From positions 608,001-672,000 of the forward strand of contig JBGARZ010000001.1 of the NCBI GenBank assembly GCA_044229975.1: a stretch of DNA of 64,000 nucleotides, read 5' to 3'. Positions within the stretch are counted from its first letter, which is position 1; every line of letters starts with the position of its first letter. Both the position numbers and the translations under genes were made by a program. The stretch is from Polyangiales bacterium. Lineage in GTDB: Bacteria; Myxococcota_A; Polyangia; Polyangiales; Ga0077539. Positions 59,007 through 64,000 of this stretch are shown piece by piece. The notes beneath the pieces were generated by a model. The model was not told where the DNA came from, made no database searches, and saw nothing but the letters and a program-made list of their open reading frames with translations.

Positions 59007-59684
59007 ATGCGCCGCTTCAACTTCGCGACCATCACCCTGGACGACCTCCGCAGCGCCGTCACCCTCCACGATCGCGGGTTGCAGCGTGCCCCGTAGGATG
59101 AGTTCGCCCGCGGTGACCTCTCCGTCGAGGAGCAGCAGACCGTCGACCGACTGAGCGCTGACCTCCGGCGCTACCAGCCCAGCCTCGTCAACGAGGCCAC
59201 GGTCTTCGCGCGCTCCGTGTACCCACTCCTCGTGCTCGCTGAGGCCAACGGGGTGCAGGCGTTGGCATGCGTCGCCCTCTCGGCGCAGGTGGGCGACGTC
59301 GAGTTCGCCGGACTCGCCGACGCTGCGATCGGTCGACCGATGGCGGGAGAGCTACGCGCGCCCTTCCTGGTGGTCGTCGAAGCAAAGCGCGGCGTCGAAG
59401 GCGCCAACCCCGTCGCACAACTGTACGCAGAGCTGCTCGCGGCCGCGTGCCTCAATGCGCGCGAGACACCACCGGCGACCGGTCCGGTCTACGGCTCCTA
59501 CACCGTCGCCGACAGTTGGACCTTCGTCGAGCTCACCGCGGAGGGCATCGACACGCCCCGCCCCACGATCTCCATGGTCACTTCACCCGAGTACAGCGAG
59601 AAGGTCGAGGCAGGAACCATCGCGCGCATCCTCAAGTCCGTCGTCGCTGCCTGGCCGCGGCCGACGTACCCACCGCTCGCCTGA
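59007..59684 (+). pseudogene. PD-(D/E)XK-like protein interrupted by in-frame TAG (59094-59096)
   Basis: Frame is continuous across one TAG; AD..VVEAKRG..AQL motifs. Confidence 0.75.
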
Positions 59685-59693
59685 CCCCCACCG

Positions 59694-61163
59694 CTACCGA
59701 TCGCTCGCGAAGACCACCTTCCCCAGCCGCGCCTCCGCCTCCGTCGCCGCCTCGCGGTCCTGCGCCGCGGCCGCGTCGTCGGCCTCCATCTCGGCGAACC
59801 GATACTGCACCTCGCCCGCCTCGCTCACCACCGCGTCGCCCCCGAGCTCCGCCACGCGCACGGACACCTCGCGCGACGTCGGCTCGCGCCCCGTCGCCAC
59901 GCGCACCGCCGTCCGCAGCGCGGCGTCGTCCACCGCCTCGCCCTTCGCGGCGTGCGTGACCACCTCGCGCAGCACACCCAGCCGCGCCTTCTCTTCGTCG
60001 AGCGCCTGCTGCTCTCGCCGACGCCACAGCGCCCGTGCGATGGGCAACACGAACAGCGCCGCCGAGAACACCACCGGAACCAACCCCAGCACCAGCGGAA
60101 CCCCACCCGGCACCGGAACGTACGGCTGCGTACGATCGAGCATGCGCGCGAGGTTCTCAAGCGTGACGTCGTTGGCGATGGCCCACAGACCCGCCAGCAG
60201 GTTGAAGCCGTTGAGCGCGGCGATGCCCGCGTTGGCGCCGCCGCTGTTGCCCGTGAGCGGTGGCAGCACGGTGGGGCGCTGCCACGCCGGGGCCGGTCGA
60301 GCCGTCGGCGCGCCGTCTGACGCAGCGGTCTTCCGCAGCGCTTCGAAGCGGTAGTAGATGCCGCCGCTCTCGCTGACCTCGACGGTTCCGTCGTGGTCGA
60401 GCATCAGCCTCGCCATCAGCGGGTCGGCCTCCGAGCGCGGGAGACCCGTCACACGCATCACGTCGGCGAGGGCGATGCGCCCCTTCAGCGCGCGCACCTC
60501 GGCGAGCACACGCGCCCTCTCCGCGTGGGGATCGGGCGCCGTCGCCGGAGGTCCCCACACGAAGCGGTTGACCTTCTCGTAGAGCGGAACCTCCTCCTCT
60601 TCGGCCGCCGCCCGCATGCGCCGCTGCGCGCGAGGCGAGACCACGCCGTAGTCGTCGTAGCGGTGGTAGGCGAGCGGCGAGAACGGGTGAAACGTCCACC
60701 ACGCCGCCTCGGCGATCAGCCGCAGCAGGCCACCAATGATCGAGGAGCCCGGTCCGTCGTCGCGGTCGCTGCCGCGCCCCGAGGAGAGCGCGATGCCGAT
60801 GGCGACGAAGGCCAGCGCGTAGCCGACGATCGCGATGAGCAGCCACGCGCGCACCAGCAGCCGCCCCGCCGCCGCGAGCACCGAGCCCGCGCGCGCCATC
60901 CAGCGCCCGACGGTCTCCTTCGTCTCCCAGGGCTTCGTGAACCCGTGCGGAAACACATGCACGAGGTCGCCCGCCTCGGTCACCCGATACTGCCCACGGT
61001 ATTCGCTCGCGAGCCACGTGAGGCCGGCCTCCGCGTCGCGTAGCGCGAGGCCGCTCCGCACCGAAGCGTCGGCCACCGTGAGCAACGGAAGCGGTTGGGG
61101 CAGCGTGCGTCGCAGCACCGCGGCCGCGGCGGCGGGGTCCATCGAAGAGGGGGCGTCAGGCAT
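59694..61163 (-). CDS. Membrane protein resembling the At5g03900/cyanobacterial family
   Basis: Repeated TVAD..GL...G...VSE.G...Y.F winged modules around TM helices. Confidence 0.7.
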   Translation of the reverse strand: MPDAPSSMDPAAAAAVLRRTLPQPLPLLTVADASVRSGLALRDAEAGLTWLASEYRGQYRVTEAGDLVHVFPHGFTKPWETKETVGRWMARAGSVLAAAGRLLVRAWLLIAIVGYALAFVAIGIALSSGRGSDRDDGPGSSIIGGLLRLIAEAAWWTFHPFSPLAYHRYDDYGVVSPRAQRRMRAAAEEEEVPLYEKVNRFVWGPPATAPDPHAERARVLAEVRALKGRIALADVMRVTGLPRSEADPLMARLMLDHDGTVEVSESGGIYYRFEALRKTAASDGAPTARPAPAWQRPTVLPPLTGNSGGANAGIAALNGFNLLAGLWAIANDVTLENLARMLDRTQPYVPVPGGVPLVLGLVPVVFSAALFVLPIARALWRRREQQALDEEKARLGVLREVVTHAAKGEAVDDAALRTAVRVATGREPTSREVSVRVAELGGDAVVSEAGEVQYRFAEMEADDAAAAQDREAATEAEARLGKVVFASDR

Positions 61164-61259
61164 CGGAGGTCCGGGCCCGATCGTGCCCGCTCCCGGGCTG
61201 CGAAGCCCGTGCAACCGCCTTGACACTGCGTTCGCCCGCGAGATAGGTCGGCCATGGCG

Positions 61260-61280
61260 TTGTGAGAACGGCTCCCACAA
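61260..61280. promoter_or_regulatory. Palindromic operator, Fur/iron-box-like
   Basis: TTGTGAGAACGGCTCCCACAA imperfect palindrome upstream of iron-uptake genes. Confidence 0.45.
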
Positions 61281-61317
61281 TCAGCCGACGCCCCTTTCCG
61301 CCTCAGGAGAATTGTTG

Positions 61318-63450
61318 ATGCACTTTGCGCCATCGCTCACCGAGGCCGTCACGGCGCTCGGCCGACCGCTCTCCTCGTTGCTCGACCCGAGCACGCGCGT
61401 GTTCGGGCCCTTTCTGCTGGGCGCGGCGGGCATCGCGCTCGTCGCGTTGGTGCTGCGCGGGATGAGCCTCGGCCTGGCCGCGCGCGAGCTGCTGTCGCCG
61501 CGGGTGTGGCTGCACCGATCGGCCCTCGCGGACTACCGGCTCATCGCCGCCCGCGCCGCGCTGCGGGCGCTCCTCGTCGGCGTGCGCGGTGTGTCGACGC
61601 TGGTGGTCGCGGCCCTCGTGATGTCGTGGCTGCGGCGTCACCTCGGGCTGCCCGGCGTGCACGCGTCGGCGGTGCTGGTGGGCGCGGCGTTCGTGCTGGC
61701 GGCCTTCGTCGCGGAGGACGCGGTGCGCTTCGCACTGCACCGGGTGATGCATCGGGTGTCGTGGCTGTGGGAGTTTCACAAGGTGCACCACTCGGCGGAG
61801 GTGCTCACGCCCTTCACCCTCTACCGAACGCACCCCGTCGAGGCGGCCATCAACGGCGCCGGCAACACCCTCGCCGTCGGCCTCGTCACGGGCCTCTTCG
61901 CGTGGACCTTCGGGCCGTCCATCCGCGCCTGGGAGATCTTCGGCGTCGACGCCATCGGCTTCGTGTGGACCCTCTGCGGCGCCAACCTCCGCCACTCGCA
62001 CGTCTGGCTCTCGTACGGCCCGCGCGTCGAGCGCTTCTTCCTCAGCCCCGCCCAGCACCAGGTGCACCACAGCACCGACCCCCGCCACGTCGATCGCAAC
62101 TTCGGCACCGCGCTCTCCCTCTGGGACCGCCTCGCCGGTTCGCTCTACGTGACTTCTCCCCAGCCCGAGGCGCTCACCTTCGGTCTGCCCGCGGGTGAGG
62201 CAGGCCCCGCGCACACCGTCGGGTCGCTGCTGCTCTCGCCCTTCGCCGCCGTGGCCCGTCGCGCTCGCGCCGTGATCGCTCCGCGCCCGTCGCCGGTGCG
62301 CCTCGGGATCGCCCAGCGCTTCGCCCTCGTCGCCGCCGCGATGGTGATGTCCGCCTGCACCAAAGAGGAGCCCTTCGACCGCGTCACGCTCCTCCAGGCC
62401 TTCGGGCGTTGCACCGTCACGACGTACGACCAGTTCCAGGCGACGACGCCGGGGCTCGTGGCCGCGACGACCGCCTACGCCGCCGCGCCGACCGACGCCA
62501 ACCGCGCCGCCGCTCGCACGGCGTGGGAGCGCGCCATCGACCTCTGGGAGCAGGCCGAGCTGCTGCGCTACGGGCCCGCGGCGACCTTCGACACCATCGG
62601 CGGTCAGAACCTCCGCGAGGGCATCTACGCGTGGCCCGACGTCAACCGCTGCCTCATCGAGCAGCAGGTCGTCTCGCGCGCCTACGACACGGCGATGTTC
62701 AGCAGCCTCTCCACCAGCACCCGCGGCCTCGCGGCGCTCGAGTACCTGCTCTTCTACGAGGGCGCCGACAACGCCTGCCAGGCCACCGACGCCATCAACG
62801 CGATGGGAACCTGGGCGGCCCTCTCGCCCGACGAGCTGCGACAGCGCAAGGCCGCGTACGCGCGCGCCATCGCCGTCGACGTCGAGGCCAACGCGCAGCG
62901 CCTCATCGCGGCGTGGCACCCCAACGGCTTCCAGAACCAGATCGAGACCGCCGGGCTCGGCAGCTCGCTCTTCGCGACGCAGCAGGTCGCCTTCAGCGTC
63001 ATCGCGGAGGGTGCGTTCTACCTCGACACCGACGTGAAGGACCTGCGCCTCGGGCGCCCGCTCGGCCTCGTCAACTGCACCACGGGCACCTGCCCCGGCG
63101 CGCTCGAATCGCAGTGGGCCGACCGCGGCCGCGAGCACCTCCGCAACAACATGCGCGGCCTGCGCACGCTCATGGAGGGCTGCGCCGCGGGCAACAACCA
63201 GGGCTTCGACGACCGCCTCGAGGCCGCCGGCGCGGGTGCGCTCGCGACGCAGCTGCGCGCCGACCTCGACGCCGCCGACGCCGCGATCAACGCCATCCCC
63301 GGCACCAGCCTGCGCGATGCGCTCGCCAACAACCCCGCCTCGCTGATGCGCGTGCACACCGCCATCAAGGAGCTCACCGACTTCCTGAAGATGGAGTTCT
63401 CGACGACGCTCCAGATCACCTCGGAGCGGGTCGCTGGGGACAACGATTGA
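61318..63450 (+). CDS. Sterol desaturase/fatty-acid hydroxylase fused to imelysin-like domain
   Basis: HRVMH, FHKVHHS, HQVHHS..NFG; then MSAC and imelysin motifs (YAWP, RGLAALEYLLF, ES.WA, GDND end). Confidence 0.88.
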   Translation: MHFAPSLTEAVTALGRPLSSLLDPSTRVFGPFLLGAAGIALVALVLRGMSLGLAARELLSPRVWLHRSALADYRLIAARAALRALLVGVRGVSTLVVAALVMSWLRRHLGLPGVHASAVLVGAAFVLAAFVAEDAVRFALHRVMHRVSWLWEFHKVHHSAEVLTPFTLYRTHPVEAAINGAGNTLAVGLVTGLFAWTFGPSIRAWEIFGVDAIGFVWTLCGANLRHSHVWLSYGPRVERFFLSPAQHQVHHSTDPRHVDRNFGTALSLWDRLAGSLYVTSPQPEALTFGLPAGEAGPAHTVGSLLLSPFAAVARRARAVIAPRPSPVRLGIAQRFALVAAAMVMSACTKEEPFDRVTLLQAFGRCTVTTYDQFQATTPGLVAATTAYAAAPTDANRAAARTAWERAIDLWEQAELLRYGPAATFDTIGGQNLREGIYAWPDVNRCLIEQQVVSRAYDTAMFSSLSTSTRGLAALEYLLFYEGADNACQATDAINAMGTWAALSPDELRQRKAAYARAIAVDVEANAQRLIAAWHPNGFQNQIETAGLGSSLFATQQVAFSVIAEGAFYLDTDVKDLRLGRPLGLVNCTTGTCPGALESQWADRGREHLRNNMRGLRTLMEGCAAGNNQGFDDRLEAAGAGALATQLRADLDAADAAINAIPGTSLRDALANNPASLMRVHTAIKELTDFLKMEFSTTLQITSERVAGDND

Positions 63451-63520
63451 CGCCATGGACGTCGAAGCGCGCCTCGTGAACCTCCACCTCGACTGAGCTC
63501 CCGCCCTCCCCTTCCGAGCC

Positions 63521-64000
63521 ATGAACACAACCCGCCGCCTCGGCCTTCTGGCGCTCGTCGTCTCCGGCGCCACCGCCCTGCCCGCGTCCGTCCTCGCGCA
63601 GCCCGTGCCCGCCAACCCGCCGCCCGCCGACCCGCCGCCCGCCGACCCGCCTCCGCCCGCGAGCCCGCCTCCGCCCGCCGACCCCGCGTCGCCGGACACG
63701 GGCGAAGTCCTCCCCAGCCAGGAGTACTATGTGCGGGGCCGGCGCACGCTCGACCAGGTCCCCGGCAGCCACACGCTCATCCGCCGCGAGGACATCCAGC
63801 AGCTCGCCCCGCAGAGCGGCGGCGACGTCCTGCGCACCGTCCCCGGCGTCAACGTCGTGAGCGAAGACCCGATGGGCCTGCGGCTCAACATCAGCATCCG
63901 CGGCCTCGACCCCAACCGCTCGCGCAAGGTGCTCGTCCTCGAAGACGGGATGCCCGTCTCGCTCAACCCCTACGGCTCCCCCGAGCTCTATTACACGCCG
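63521..64000 (+). CDS. FecA-like TonB-dependent receptor (runs off window; absent from ORF track)
   Basis: Signal peptide, plug motifs [39 protein letters not shown]. Confidence 0.92.
   Translation, partial: MNTTRRLGLLALVVSGATALPASVLAQPVPANPPPADPPPADPPPPASPPPPADPASPDTGEVLPSQEYYVRGRRTLDQVPGSHTLIRREDIQQLAPQSGGDVLRTVPGVNVVSEDPMGLRLNISIRGLDPNRSRKVLVLEDGMPVSLNPYGSPELYYTP

Noticed and set aside
46061..59700. Prophage or canonical integron
   Set aside because: No phage structural genes or integrase; the repeats lack canonical attC boxes

Overview
Very GC-rich bacterial chromosomal segment. Its gene content suggests Myxococcota (Polyangiales-like; inference): an FHA-GAF-sigma54 activator, a eukaryote-like Ser/Thr kinase, Cys-rich CGAC-repeat proteins, a multi-domain DsbA and many lipoproteins. 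Housekeeping genes (ychF, pyk, phoD, cyclophilin, HU, pncB) alternate with accessory blocks. (i) At 5.3-8.4 kb an AbiEii-type toxin-antitoxin pair sits back-to-back with an ABC-ATPase / helical protein / permuted papain-like protein operon, a candidate defence locus. (ii) At 14.2-17.7 kb a predicted sigma54-driven class I terpene synthase + desaturase pair is split by a complete IS630 that carries a LexA-like passenger gene. (iii) At 28.3-30.2 kb is an ATPase + DUF3226/TOPRIM-like pair. (iv) At 30.3-37.7 kb is a coupled cluster with a deacetylase-GT2-degenerate radical SAM fusion, a GT2, two radical SAM enzymes and a GH-like protein. (v) At 46-60 kb a decaying accessory region holds immunity-like genes and pseudogenes, a dispersed ~65-85 bp repeat between single genes, and a large hairpin built of 43-bp units. 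(vi) At the right end is an iron-uptake locus with a sterol desaturase-imelysin fusion and a FecA-like receptor. No rRNA, tRNA or CRISPR array was seen. All family calls come from motif recognition by eye, not database searches.
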